A DNA stretch of 64,000 nucleotides from the human T2T-CHM13v2.0 reference genome, Homo sapiens, in assembly GCF_009914755.1 (NCBI RefSeq), contig NC_060942.1. One strand, given 5' to 3'. Each line of letters begins with the position of its first letter. The first letter of the stretch is position 1. Made by a program: the position numbers and the translations under genes. Shown here in pieces: positions 41,653 through 63,918 of the stretch. The notes beneath the pieces are model-generated. The model had not been told where the DNA came from, searched no databases, and saw nothing but the letters and a program-made list of their open reading frames with translations.

Positions 41653-42250
41653 TGTAAATCAAAAATGAAATCCTAAGACCCCTCAACCATCTGCATGGAC
41701 CCCACCAAGGGCATTCCAGAGTTAACCTTGTTTTAGGTTGTTTTAAGCAAAACTTGTTTAGGCCATGATGGGAAGTGGGGGTGGAACTTGACACATTTCA
41801 TCCTCCTCCCTTTTAGAATTCAGGAAAAGCAGACCAGCATTTAACATGCTGGACACTTAACTTACCTGGAGGCTTCATCTGCATGATAAAACTTCAGTCT
41901 CCACAGCCTCTTATTGTAACCCAAACATTCCTTTCCATTGATAATAAATCTTTCAACCAAATGCCAATCAGAAAATTTTCAATCTACCTATAACCCGGAA
42001 ACCCCCGACCCACCCACCTCCTCAGCTGTCATACCTTTATGGACCGAACCAATGTACATCTTAATCTTACATGTATTTGACTGATGACTCATGGCTCCCC
42101 TAAAATGCATAAAACCACACTGGGCCCCGACCACCTTGCGTACGCGTTCTCAGGGTCTCCAAATGGCTGTGTCACCAGCCATGGTCACTCATATTTGGCT
42201 CAGAATTAATCCCTTCAAATATTTTATAGAGTTTTGACTTTTTGTCAACC
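41653..42250 (+). mobile_element. MER4-family ERV1 solo LTR inserted into an older antisense Alu
   Basis: Starts TGTAAATCAAAAATGAAATCCTAAG and ends cttcaaatattttatagagttttgac...; Alu sequence is continuous on either side. Confidence 0.8.
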
Positions 42251-42905
42251 GCAGGCTGCGTCACAGCTCGCTGCAGCCCCAAACTCCTGCGCTGAAGCGA
42301 TCCTTTCCCCCACAACTTCTCGAGTAGCAGGGACTTCAGGTGCGTGCCACTACACCTGGCTTTTTTTTTTTTTTTTTTTGGTACTTTTGTTGTTATGGTG
42401 GGGGCGGGGGACTTGCTATGTTGCCCAGGCTGGTCTCGCATCTCTGGGATCAAGCCATCCTCCCACTTCAGCGTCCCAGAGTGCTGGAATTACAGGCCTA
42501 AGCAACGGCACCCAGCCTATCTTTTAATTTTTAACTTCAAAGTTATCGTTAAAAATCTAATCCCCCCAAAATATGAAAAAAATACTTAATATGCACTGAC
42601 CTGTAGTTTTTCTCTAATTCACTATCTTAAATATATTAATTGCAATCTCATCAACTGCGACTTGCATTTGAAATTTTCCACCTTAAACGGTATTTTTTGA
42701 TAAGATGGATTTTTTAAAAAATCTACACCAGCAAACTAGAGTGAGAGACCCCTGCAAAGTAATACATGGGCCTTAAGTCACCGAGATTTTCCAGCAAATA
42801 ATTTGCAGAATGCTGTTTTTCCTAGGTTAACTTGCAATCCTAACACGGAAGGAGGTTCCGTTTTTAGAAGTTTAAATGTTGTCACACGGGCGCAAGAATA
42901 CATAC

Positions 42906-43060
42906 AACAGCCATGCTTTCCAGCTCTGCGCACAACGCCAGGCAGATGGGGAGCACCGGGCGGTGCGGGAGCCCTTTCACCAGGGCAGGGTGGCTTCGGT
43001 GGCCGAGGGACCCGGGAACTGCAGCCGGAGCCGGCGCGCACCCAGCCAACTTCCTGTTTC
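42906..43060 (-). other. MPPE1: MPPE1 first (non-coding) exon, 5' end approximate
   Basis: Donor-like GTT|gtatgt at the edge of the CpG island, directly downstream of tandem ETS motifs. Confidence 0.55.
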
Positions 43061-43835
43061 CGCGGTAGCGCGCGGGCCTGTCACTGAAGCCCCGCCCCGG
43101 CGACCTCAGGCGGGCGGGGAAGACCGAGTCTTCCCGGAGCCGCTTCGTCCGCCCGGCGCCGGAGTCCCACGGCCGGTTTGCGGAAGCGGGTCGTCTGAAG
43201 GGGCCCGGCGGGTGGCTCCCGGGTCTCCGCGGCCTGTGATCCCCAGAGCGGACAACCGCAGCTGGGGCTCCGTGCGCAACTCGGAGTAAAGGCCGGAACC
43301 TACGCTCGGCGGCCGCGTCCCGGCCCCTAGCGCCCTCCGCGAAGTGCCTGGCAGGCTCGGCAGTCTGAGTGTCGCGTTACAGAGTCCCCTGGGCAGTCAC
43401 CGCTGAAGGGCGGGGGACGCGGGAAAGGCATTTTGGGGACACAGGAGAGCTGCGAGGGCGAAGCACGGGCGAGCTGTCGTTAGGGCCCAGGAAAGGCCCG
43501 TTGCGGGGCGCACAGGCGGGCAGGGGAACTCGCGCCCCGCGCCGCGCGCCCGGCCTCCTGACGCCAGGGCCGGCTTCTGAGCACAGCCACCGCGGCGGCC
43601 GGGGGCGGCCACTGCTCCCCGCGAGCCCGCTTCCGCGCCCCAGAAGCCCCCAGAGCCCGCGTCCGAGCTCCAGGCCTTGGAGGAGCCAGGCGGGCAGCTG
43701 ACAGCCCCGGAGCCGCTCCCGGGTTCCGCGCGCGGTGGCAGCCAGGCCGTGCCTCCCCGTTCCCCTCCCGCGCCGCGCTGCCCCTCCGGGACCCACCAGG
43801 CCTGGCTGCGCCTCTTTCCTCTCCTCCCCCGGAGC
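42930..43835. promoter_or_regulatory. CpG island / MPPE1 promoter, probably bidirectional
   Basis: Very GC- and CpG-rich non-repeat DNA. Tandem ETS-like sites ACTTCCTGTTTCCG at about 43049-43062; GC boxes (GGGCGGG) at about 43111 and 43408. Confidence 0.9.
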
Positions 43836-44871
43836 CTTGGAAAGTGCCCTCCAGAGATGTGCTTAGGAAGTGTGTGATGAATAAAGGAGACAATCAGGAT
43901 AACTATAATATTTATTATGCACTTGCTTTTTTCTCACTGATGTTACTAATTTTAATGGTGTAGCGCGGCGCGTTCCAGTTTTCTAAGTGCTCTCACATCC
44001 GTTCAAAAAATCCTCAAAATAAGCCTGTATATTAAAAGCAGGAGCCATTATTTCATATTTCAAGAAGTAAACATGCTCAGAGTAATAATCCACATAGAGC
44101 CTTCCAACCAGTCAATTCTGGTACATTTTCACAAATCTATGAGTGTGGTTAATACACGGAGATGTGGTTTGAGGAATTATATAGGACACAGCCAGCAAAA
44201 TGCCTGGTATACAATAAGTATGCGGTAAATGGTTATTATTATTAAGAATATTGTAATATCTTCAGATATGATCAGGTGAACAACTTTGACATAATCGAAA
44301 CTGGGACAGCCTGATTCCATAAACACACTAATATGGCACCGTGGATTGTTTGCAGCCTCACCTCTAAAGTATTCTCTCTGACTAACAAAGAAAGGGAAAC
44401 TAGAACCAGTTAAGCTTATAACACTAATCACAGGCTAAAGGAAATACAGGGGCCAAATGAACCCATTAGATTACACCACCAGGAAGTAATCTGCCAAATC
44501 CAGAATGTGGGAAATTCTACAAACCAAATGACCCAATTTCTTTTTTCAAAAATAAATGTTCAGAGGCTGAAGTGGGAGGATTGCTTAAGGCCAGAGTTCA
44601 AGGCTGTAGTGAGCTATGATCACAGCTGTGAATAGCCACTGCACTCCAGGCTGGGCAACACAGCTAGACCCCCCATGTCTTTAAAAAAAAGAGGGTGGGG
44701 GGACCTTGAGAGACACATTAGCCAAATGCAATTTGTGGACCTTGTTTGGGTCATGATTAAGACAAACAAACTTTTACATAAATAAATGGCATTTTTAAAA
44801 ACATTGGCGGCCAGGCGCGGTGGTTCTTGCCTGTAATGCCAGCACTTTGGGAGGCCGAGGCGGGCAGATCA

Positions 44872-45126
<255 letters not shown>

Positions 45127-45386
45127 TTAAACATGGACTGAATGTTAGGTGACATTAAATAACTTCAGGTAATTTTATTACGATAATACCATAGTGGCTA
45201 TGATTTTTAAAGGCCTCAGAGAAACATATTAACATATTTACAGGCAAATTATATTATTTCTGGGATTTGCTTTAATAAAATTTAATAACAAATTCCTGGA
45301 GTTTTTTAGAGAACAAAGTGAGAGATAGGAGAAACAATATTGGCAAAGTGTTTAATGTTTAAGCAAGGAGATGGGTACATGGGCAT

Positions 45387-45892
45387 TGTGCTAGGCCTAA
45401 TTATGCCCCCCAAACATGCCCACATTCTAATCTTCAAACCTGTGAACAAGTTACCTGACATGGCAAAAGGGGCTTTGCAAGTATGCGATGAAGAACCTTG
45501 AGATGGGAGATGATCCTGGATTATCCCAGTGAGCCCAGTCTCATTGGGTCCTTCCGAGAACCTTTACCTGCAAATGAGAATTGGAAAGAGACGTAACACT
45601 GGAAGGAAGTTCAGAGAGATTCAACCTGACAAGGATGTGGCCGCTGGTGCTGACTCCGGAGATGGAGGAAGGGGCCACAAGCCCAGGAATGCCACAGGTG
45701 GCCTCTCAAGGTGGAAAAGGCAAGGAATGAATGATCCTGCAGATGCTCAGGTGTCCTGCCATCACCTGAGTTTTAGCCCAGTGAGCCCCGTGTGGGCTCC
45801 TGACCTACAGGACTTGTACGGTAGTAAATTTGGGTTGTTTTAGGTCACCAAAGTGGTAGTAATTTGTTACAGCAGCCATAGAAAACTAATAC
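45387..45892 (+). mobile_element. MLT1C/D-like MaLR LTR
   Basis: Starts tgtgctagg... and ends gtaatttgttacagcagccatagaaaactaataca. Confidence 0.78.
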
Positions 45893-46006
45893 AAGCATTT
45901 GCTATATTTCTCTCTATGTTTTTGTAAGTTTAAGATTTTTTTCTGCCGGGTGCGGTGGCTTACGCCTGTAATCCCAGCACTTTGGGAGGCCAAGGAGGGC
46001 AGATCA

Positions 46007-46303
<297 letters not shown>

Positions 46304-47236
46304 TTACACCTGAAGTGTAATCTGACCAACCATAGAATTATACCATGCATTTTAATTTCCAAAAGAATTATATGTCATAAATCCCTTTTTAAAAAGCATT
46401 GTTGAGTATGGTTAGTAAAATAATGTTAATTTTCAAAGTCACAGATATAATAAAGCATCACGGATATAATAAAGCATGGCATGACCTATTCCTGACTTTA
46501 TTTATTTATTTATTTTTGAGACAGAGTCTTACTTTGTCACCCAGACTAGAGTGCAGTGGCTCATCTTGGCTCACTGCAACCTCTGCTTCCCGGGTTCAAG
46601 CCATGCTCCTGCCTCAGCTTCCTGAGTGGCCGGGATTACAGGCACCCGCCACCGCACCCAGCTAATTTTTGCATTTTTAATAGAGACAGGGTTTTGCCAT
46701 GTTGGCCAGGCTGGTCTCGAACTCCTAACCTCAAGTGATCCGCCCACCTCGGCCTCCCAAAGTGCTGGGATTACAGGTCTGAGCCACCGCGCCTGGCCCC
46801 ATTCCTAACTTTAGAATTAGTTTATCTATACCGATTGTTATCAAAATCTGCATATTGACATGACTTTTAAGATGCTGACATTTATAAAGGTAATTTTCCT
46901 TCTAGCATATATTAATTTCAGGAAACAGATAACACAATTAATAAAATATATAAAACAGAATCGTTAAAGAAAATAATCTTCCCAAATATGTAAAAGTAGA
47001 ATAGTTTAAAAAACAGTACCGAATATTTTAATGTAATTTCTAATTTTCAATTAATGAATATTAGGCATTTTCTATTATATGGATAAATTACCCACATTTT
47101 GTCAAATTTGCTAAAACAGTCCGGGCGCGGTGGTGCACACCTGTAATCCTAGCACTTTGGGAGGCCAAGGCGGGCAGATCACTGGAGGTCAGGAGTTTGA
47201 GGCCAGCCTGGCCAACATGGTGAAACCCCATCTCTA

Positions 47237-47407
<171 letters not shown>

Positions 47408-47478
47408 TCAAAAAAAAAAATTGCTAAAACAGATAACATTTATTAAAGTCCATAGTTTTAACTAATTTTATTAGTTGA

Positions 47479-47755
<277 letters not shown>

Positions 47756-48271
47756 TAAAGTGCTAGGATTACAGGCTTGAGCCACCACACCCGGCCTACT
47801 TGGGGTATTTGGTTTTGTTTCTTGAGACAAGGTTTCATTGTGTTCCCGGGGTGGCCTCAAACTCCGAGGTTTAAGTGATCCTCCCATCTTAGCCTCCTAA
47901 GTAACTGGGACCAGAGGTGTTCCCCAATGTGCCGGGCTAACTGGTTTTAATTCTACAGAGCACTCTTTAAATCACTGTTTCCTCTCTAAACATCTTCAGT
48001 TTCATATTGTACTTCACTGTCTTGTAAACTACTTTTCTGTGGGAGCAGCTACAGTGAATAACATTGTGGTATACATAGTGGTATACATGGTTGTGATATA
48101 CATTGTTGTGTTGTGGTAACATTGTGGTATCTTTGCCGCCTTGTATTTAAAAAATCCTGGCTTACACTAAGGGAGCCTTGGAAACTCCCAATACTTTGGG
48201 AGGCCGAGGTAGATGGGTCACCTAAGGTCAGGAGCTCAAAACCCAACATGGCAAAACACCATCACTGCTTA

Positions 48272-48792
<521 letters not shown>

Positions 48793-49341
48793 AAGAAAAC
48801 AAAAAACAACAAGAAAACTATATTCATTATCTTGCAGCTCCCACTGGTCAGGAGTCTGGGGCTTGGTTTAGCGGGTCCAGCTGCAATCCAGCTGCTCACC
48901 AGGATGTGGCATTGGCATCTGCATCTTCTGAGTCGTCTTCCACCTCTCTGGCTTTGGGATGAATTCAGTTCCTTGTGGTCATAGGTTTAGGCCCTCAGCT
49001 CCCAGAGCCACCTACCAATCTCAGCCCAGTGACCCTCTCCCAGCACAGGCGGTTGCTTCTTTAAGGCCAACAGGAGAAAGTGTCTGCTGCTGCCTCATCT
49101 TTCTCCAACTTCCATCCCTGACATCTGGACCCTGTTAACAGATGCAGGTGATTAGATCAGACTCACCCAAGATCATCTCTCTTTTGAATGGCTTAATACC
49201 AACTCATTAGGGGCCTTCATTACATCTGTGATATCCCTTCACTTTTTGCCAGCTTAGGCTATAGAGTGAGACACTGTGTCAAAAAAAAAAGAATTCTTTT
49301 ATTTATAAAATTGTTTATTAGAAGTTTCCTTTTGATAGTGA

Positions 49342-49581
<240 letters not shown>

Positions 49582-49629
49582 TGACCTCAGGTGATCCTCC
49601 CACCTCGGCCTCCCAAAGTACTGGGATTA

Positions 49630-50229
<600 letters not shown>

Positions 50230-50435
50230 TGAACCCCTGACCTCAGGTGATCCACCCACCTCGGCCTCCAAAAGTACTGGGATTACAGGCGTGAGCCACC
50301 AAGCCTGGCCTTCTGACCCTGTTTTAGATTATGATGCCTGAGGTTTAAAGTATAAACTACTCCAGGCTGGGCGTGGTGGCTTACACCTGTAATCCCAGCA
50401 CTTTGGGAGGCCAAGGCGGGTGAATCATGAGGTCA

Positions 50436-50851
<416 letters not shown>

Positions 50852-52082
50852 CTACAAAAAATACAAAAAAAAAAAAAAAAATTAGCCGGGGTTTGTGGCA
50901 TGCTCCTGTAGTCCAGCTACCTGAGAGGCTGAGGTGGGAGGATTGCTTGAGCCCAGGAGGTCAAGGCTTCAGTGAGCTGAGATCTTGCCACTGCACTACA
51001 GCCTGGGCAACAGAGTGAGACCCTGTCTCAAATAAATAAATAAATTACAGAGAACTATGGGGGATGGGATGGTTATCACATGATACATTATAGTCAATCT
51101 GCACTGAGATGTTAAATGATTGATACATTTTATATCATTATAATTTACAAATTATCTTCCTACCTCCTGTGTCTAATACAATCCCAGACAGATTTGAAGC
51201 TCTTTGAGGGAAGGGCCAAGCTTCATACTTATTTATAACCACGATAGCATTTAGTAGAATCCAACACATCACTGATTCCCAATCAAAATGTATGGAATGA
51301 GTGGAAAACAGTAAGATGTGCTACGTGGTTGTCAGAGATTCTGGTTTAGGGAGCCTTGATTTAGTTACTTTTCAGGGTAATTCCTTTTAAGCAGCTTGGT
51401 TATTAGAACTTCCTTGGGAGAGTTACTGTGTTTATTTTGCGCTCATGTGCTTAGTTCAAGACAGAGTCCATAGTTCAAATCATTGAAAATGACCCATTAA
51501 AATTTTCCTTTTTTTTTTCTAATAAACATGGAAGAAGAGCCATTTATCTATTAGGTGCTATGGATCGAGCAACTGAATGGCAAAAGTAAAAATCCCTAAA
51601 CAAGGTTTAGAACAAAACTAGTTGACAAGGTATCCCCACAAACCCCAAATGTAAGAGGCGTGAGGAGGAACCACAGACAGCTGCAAGACCTGAGTGAAGT
51701 CAGCAAATGCACAGATAAAAACAAGGGCATGACAAAGCATGTGGTGGACATGAAGAGAGGAGAATCCAAAAATAGCATCAGGTTCCCCCAGGAAAGTGTG
51801 GCAAGAACAGCGGCTGAAAACAGGAAGGATTTCGCCCCATGCAGTAGTGAGTGAGTGCAAGGGGCCCATGGTGAGACCTGAAAGCCTAGAGCAATCCTTC
51901 CTTCCGGGATTAAGACCCCTCACAGAGGGGAGACTCTTAAGATGGAATGAGAATTTTGCATGATGTAGACTAGAGAAATGTAAGAAAGAGAAAGTGCAGA
52001 AAAAGGTGAGAAAAGGGAAATTTCCTAAGGCAAGCTTCCCTATTTTAGCACACTAATTAAAACAACAGAAAAGTTTGTGAGG

Positions 52083-52472
52083 TGCTATGGTCTGATGTTT
52101 GTGTTCACTCCTCCCGATTCACGTGTGGATATCTCATCACCAATGTGATGGTATTAGGAAGAAGGGCTTTTGGGAGGTGATTATGTGATGGTGGTGGAGC
52201 CCTTACAAATGGGATTAGTGCCCTTATGAAAGAGGCCCCAGAGAGCTCCCTAACCTTTCTACCACCGCCACCTGAGGACACAGCAGGACGGCACTGTGTG
52301 GACCAGGAAGCAGGACCTCACGAGACACTGAATCTACCAATGTCTGTATTTGTCAAGTCCAGTCTTGATCTTGGACTCCCCAGCCTCCAGAACTGTGAAA
52401 AATATATTTCTGTGGTGTATAAGCCACCCGGTTTATGGCATTTTGTTAAAGGAGCCCAAAAGAACTAAGACA
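52083..52472 (+). mobile_element. MLT1A/MSTC-like MaLR LTR
   Basis: tgctatggtctg...gggattagtgcccttat...ccagcctccagaactgtga...actaagaca. Confidence 0.78.
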
Positions 52473-52821
52473 CTAGGTGAAGTTGCAAAAGCTCTCCGGA
52501 ACTCTGCCTCCTTCTAGGTGTTAAGGAGAAGTAACCTGCCTAAGGAGGAGCACTTGAGAAGAAATGACATCAAAGATGTACAAAGTTATCATCAGAAAAA
52601 CAATGAAGGCCAGGTGCGGTGGCTCACGCCTGTAATCCCAGCAATCTCATCTCTACAAAAAATAAAAAATCAAAAATCAGCCAGGTATGGTGGCATGTGC
52701 CTGTAGTTCCAGCTACTCAGGAGGCTGAGGTGGGAGGATACTTTGAGCCTGGGAGGTTGAGGGTGCTATGAGCTATGATTGCGCCACTGCACTTCCAGCC
52801 TGGGCAACAGAGCGAGACCGA

Positions 52822-52832
52822 AAGAAAGAGAA

Positions 52833-52868
<36 letters not shown>

Positions 52869-52907
52869 GAAGGGAGGAAGGGAAGAGGGGAGGAAGGGAG
52901 GAAGAAG
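52822..52907 (+). repeat. GA-rich microsatellite from an Alu tail
   Basis: aaagaaagagaaagagagaaagagagagag...ggaagggaggaag. Confidence 0.85.
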
Positions 52908-53201
52908 ACATTTGCACACACAATGAAAGCATACCACAGAGACATGACCACGAAACAGATAAAAGCTGTAGCCTACAGTTTCAGAACAAGCTCAAGACCT
53001 GAAGGGAGTAAATAGAACATATGAAGTAATAACATAAATCTAAGTTAGGAAAACTTAGAAATTAAGTAACACTTCAGAAAATAATTAAAAATAAAAGGAA
53101 AAAAGTAGGCCGGGCACGGTGGCTCACGCCTGTAATCCCAGCACTTTGGGAGGCTGAGGCGGGTGGATCACGAGGTCAGGAGATCGAGCCCATCCTGGCT
53201 A

Positions 53202-53465
<264 letters not shown>

Positions 53466-55861
53466 TCACAATATTGCTGTAAGAATTAAACACTTTACTA
53501 CATATAAACTGTTGGACGTGTACCTGCCACATAGTTAGTGCTCAGTAAGGATTACCTGTTATTCTGATTATGTTGTCCAACCACAGACAGGACCATAGGC
53601 TGGGTGGGTGTCCTGTGTGCCAACAGTGGCGGGGGGCCTGTCTTGTCTGCGTGTGTCTCCTCCATCCGCAGGTGGCGTGTGACCTCCTGCAGCAGTAGGG
53701 TTTGGGGAGCGGGTGAGCTATGGCAGTGAAGACTTGAGATGACCACTCCACCACTCTTTGTCACAGCATACTAACTACTGTGGCCCTGGCCTCTCCACCC
53801 CACCAGTCACTTGACTTTTAGCAAATGTCAAGCACAAATGTCCCCCAACACCTAGACTCAACACACACCCCACAGTGGGCACATCCTATATATACATATA
53901 TGACTTACATGTGCTAAATGTTACACAAAACAATAAAAATTCCACACATTTTGCCCAACTCACAATGTAGAAACACAATCCCTACTTCATTATTTTTACT
54001 TAAATTTGACATTTGTATGACTATCTTAGAAGTCCTGTGAATTTTCTTTTTTCTTTCTCTCCTTTTTTTTTTTTTTTTTTTTTGGCAGAGTTGGGATCTT
54101 GCTATGTTGTCCAGGCTGGTCTCAAACTCCTGGCATCAAGCAATCCTCCTGCCTCAGCCTCCCAAATTCCTAGGATTGCAGTTATGAGCCATTGCACCTA
54201 GCCAAAGTCCTGTGAATTTTAATGCATGTTCTTTTTTTTTTTTCTGCCAGCAGCAGAAAAAGAATGACTTGTGTTTCTTTTTCTCACCAGTGTTTCTGTG
54301 ACTCTATATCAATATCCTAGCCAGGGACCTGCTGCCAGGACTTCTCCCCGGGCTCTAGGCAAGAGCAGAGGAATGATTCAGTTCTCACCCAGCCAGAAGA
54401 GTAGCATTTCCATGTACTATAGAGGGAAGGCGTGTAGTACAGAAAGAGAGAAGATAGAACTACTCATCACACCAGGGTGTGCCCTACAGGCTTGAGATGG
54501 ACAGAATCTAAGAAGGGCTGACCTGTTTCAGGATTTTTGTTTGTCTGTTTTTTGAGATGGAGTCTCACTCTGTCTCCCAGGCTGGAGTGCAATGGCGCAA
54601 TCTTGTCTCACCGCAACCTCCGCCTCCCAGGTTCAAGCGATTCTCCTGCCTCAGCCAACTGAGTAGCTGGGATTGCAGGCATGTGCCACCATGCCCAGTC
54701 AATTTTTGTATTTTTAGTAGAGATGGGGTTTCATCATGTTGGCCAGGCTGGTCTCGAACTCCCGACATCAGGTGATCCACCTGCCTCAGCCTCCCAAAGT
54801 GCTAGGATTACAGGTGTGAGCCACCGCAGCCGGCCTGTTTCAGGATTTAAGGTCAACTAGGAAATACTTTAACTTCCCAAATTAAAAAACAAAAAAGAAG
54901 CTGCTCTTCCTCCCAGCTGCCACAGAACAGGCCACCACACTGTAATATGTCAATCCTGCCAAGATATACTATCTTTTTACAAATTGTCAGCCTCAGTTCT
55001 GGCAGGTAGAGAGTCCCCTCTTCGAATCCTGCCTGTGCCATGTCTCATCTGAGGGCTAGTCTGCCTAGCTGCCTGCAGATTTGCACCACCCCATCTGAGA
55101 TGATCCGCCCTGCTCTGAGATGAATCGTGAGATCACAAAGACAGTGATGCTGTAAGTAAGCCAGGCACTGTGCTTACTCCTGTGTGAGCAGCGTGTACAT
55201 CCTATGCGGGGGTCCCTGGCTTCCAGTTCCTTTGTCACTCACGGAAGATCATACCATTAATACATTCTGGAAATGACAAAAAGAATAAATTTCTAAATAA
55301 GAAAACATAAGTGCCCACAATTCACTAAGGATTTTGCAGATTTCCCAATTATTATACATCCACACCACCAGAAATACGCCCATCAAATAATAAAACCCAA
55401 AATTATATTCCTCAGTATGCTGGGTCAATCACTGCCATCCTAAGAATTCCATACATCCAGACCAGCCTGGGCAACAAAGTGAGACCCCATCTCTACAAAA
55501 AAAAATTGTTTTAATTAGCCAGGTGTGGTGGAGTGCTCCTGTAACCCTAGCTACTTGAGAGGCTGAGGTGGGGGGGTTGCTTGAGCCCCGGAGGGTGAGG
55601 CTACAGTGAGCTGAGATGCTGAGATTGCATTACTGCACTACAGCTGGGGCGACAGAGTGAGACCCTGTCTCAAAAAAAAAAAGAAAAAGAAAGAAAATAA
55701 ATGTTAGTGGACAACTTAGAATGGGTGGGGCAGTACATAGTTTTTCAGCATTCCTTTAGTGTTATATAAAAGAAAAATTTGAAAATTACTGAGCTAGATG
55801 ACAGGAGACATTCTCCAAACCCAAAATGAGAAAGTTGAGCGCCCTTGATCTTTTAATGTAG

Positions 55862-56002
<141 letters not shown>

Positions 56003-56336
56003 TGAGTAGCTGGGACTATAGGCGCCGCCATCACGCCCAGCTAATTTTTGTATTTTTAGTAGAGACGGGGTTTCACTGTGTTAGCCAAGATGGTCTTGAT
56101 TTCCTGACCTCGTGATCCACCCTCCTCAGCCTCCCAAAGTGCTGGGATTACAGGCATGAGCCACCGCGCCTGGCCGACAGGTTCTAATTTTATTCATACA
56201 AATTCAGCTTGTATAAGCTATACAATTATTAGGGAACAACATATAAGGGAGTATTTTATTCTCAATCTTAGTTGAATCAGATTTGGGAAGATATTTACAC
56301 AGACCAAGTAAAAACCATTACACACTATGCAAACTA

Positions 56337-56630
<294 letters not shown>

Positions 56631-56641
56631 CTATGTGCTAA

Positions 56642-57916
<1,275 letters not shown>

Positions 57917-58566
57917 TAAATGCATGCTTAAGAAGCATTACTCTAGCAGGAAAGCAAGACACAAAATACAGTCATGCATCAAATAACGATTTGGTCAATG
58001 ATGGATTGCACATACAAACAAGCAGTCCCATAAGATTATAATGGAAATGAAAAATCCCTATTGTCTAGTGATGTCAGTGCCATAGTAAAGTTGTATAGCA
58101 ACGCATTGCTCATGTGTTTGTGGCGGTGCTGGTATAAACACACCTGCTTCACGGCCAGTCATGTAAAAGTCCAGTACATGCAATTATGTGCGGTACATCA
58201 TACTTGATAATGACAGCGAATGACTTTCGCTGGTTTATGTATTTACCATGCTATTTTCCTTATCATTACATTAGAGTATATACTCATTCTGCTTATAAAC
58301 AAAAGTGAACAGCCTCAGACAGGTTCCTGCAGGAGGTGCTTCAGAAAGCATTGTTATCTTGTTGTCACAGGAGGTGACAGCTCCATGTGTGTTACTGTCC
58401 CTGAAGACCCTATAGTGAGACAAGATGTGGAGATGAAAATCAGTGATATTGATGATCCTGAGCCTGTGTAGGCCTAGGCTAAGGTAGATGTTTGTGTCTT
58501 ATTTTTAAATAAAACATCTGAAAGGTAAAAAGAAAAAAAAATTTAAATAGAAAAAAAAGCTTATAG

Positions 58567-58827
<261 letters not shown>

Positions 58828-58985
58828 TAGTAGAGACGGGGTTTCACCGTGTTAGCCAGGATGCTCTCGATCTCCCAACCTTGTGATCTGCCCGCCTAGG
58901 CCTCCCAAAGTGCTGGGATTACAGGCTTGAGCCACCACGCCTGGCCAAGAAAGAAAATATTTTTGATTAGCCAGGCATGATGTTA

Positions 58986-59111
<126 letters not shown>

Positions 59112-59113
59112 TC

Positions 59114-59180
59114 AAAAAAAAAAAAAAGAAAGAAAGAAAGAAAGAAGGAAAGAAAGAAAGAAAGAAAGAGAAAGAAAAAG
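59114..59180 (+). repeat. (AAAG)n microsatellite
   Basis: Read directly; it follows an Alu right monomer. Confidence 0.9.
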
Positions 59181-60108
59181 ATATGTTTGGTTCAGCTGTA
59201 CAATGTGTTTGTGGTTTAAGCTGTGTTATTACAAATTACTCAAAAAGCTTTTAAAAATTAAAAAGTCTTCTAAGTTAAAGTTATTGTAAGCTAAGTTTAA
59301 TTTATTCTTTTAAAAGACTTAGGAAATTTAGTATAGCTTAAGTGTACAGTGTTTATAAAGTCTACAGTAGTGTATAGTGATGTTCTAGGCCTTCACCTTC
59401 ACCCACCACTCACTCACTGACTCAAGAGCAACTTCCAGTCCTGCAAGCTCCATTTACGGTAAATGCCTATACAGGGGGTAGCATATTTTCTCCTTTATTT
59501 ATTTATTTATTTATTTTTGAGACAGAGTTTTGCTCTTGTTGCCCAGGCCGGAGTGCAATGGCGCAATCTCGCTCACCGCAACCTCCGCCTCCCGGGTTCA
59601 AGCGATTCTCCTGCCTCAGCCTCCTGAATAGCTGGGATTACAGGCATGTGCCACCACACCCAGCTAATTTTGTATTTTTAGTAGAGACGGGGTTTCTCCA
59701 TGTTGGTCAGGCTGGTCTTGAACTCCCAACCTCAGGTGATCCACCCACCTCAGCCTCCCAAAGTGCTGGGATTACAGTTGTGAGCCACCGAGCCCGGCTT
59801 CTCTTTTATACTGTATTTTTATTGAACCTTTTCTGTTTAGATACACAAGTACTGACCATTGTGTTTCAACAGCCTGCAGTATTCAGGACAGCCACGTGCT
59901 GGGCAGGTTTGTAGCCGAGGAGTAATAGGCTATATCGTATAGCCTGGGTGTATAGTCAGCTGTACCATCTAGGTTGTGTAAGTACACTCTGTGATGTTTG
60001 CCTAATGAGGCACTTCCCAGAACTTATCCCCATGGTTAAGCAATGCATGACTATAAATGAAACATGAATAAGATCAAGATGTAAATGGTGGCTGGGGGCA
60101 GTGGCTCA

Positions 60109-60844
<736 letters not shown>

Positions 60845-60890
60845 CCATCTCCCCCACCACAAAGAAAAAGATGTAAATTGAATCTGAACC

Positions 60891-62663
<1,773 letters not shown>

Positions 62664-62711
62664 ATCTAACATTAAAGATAGCAGCTCAGGAAGCTTGGCA
62701 GGGTGGCATTA

Positions 62712-62867
<156 letters not shown>

Positions 62868-62873
62868 CTACTA

Positions 62874-63742
<869 letters not shown>

Positions 63743-63759
63743 TTTTTTTTTTATTTTGA

Positions 63760-63918
<159 letters not shown>

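Noticed and set aside
42778-43893. Several 70-139 aa ORFs in the CpG island
   Set aside because: Stop-codon depletion in GC-rich DNA explains them; they give Arg/Pro/Gly-rich products on both strands.
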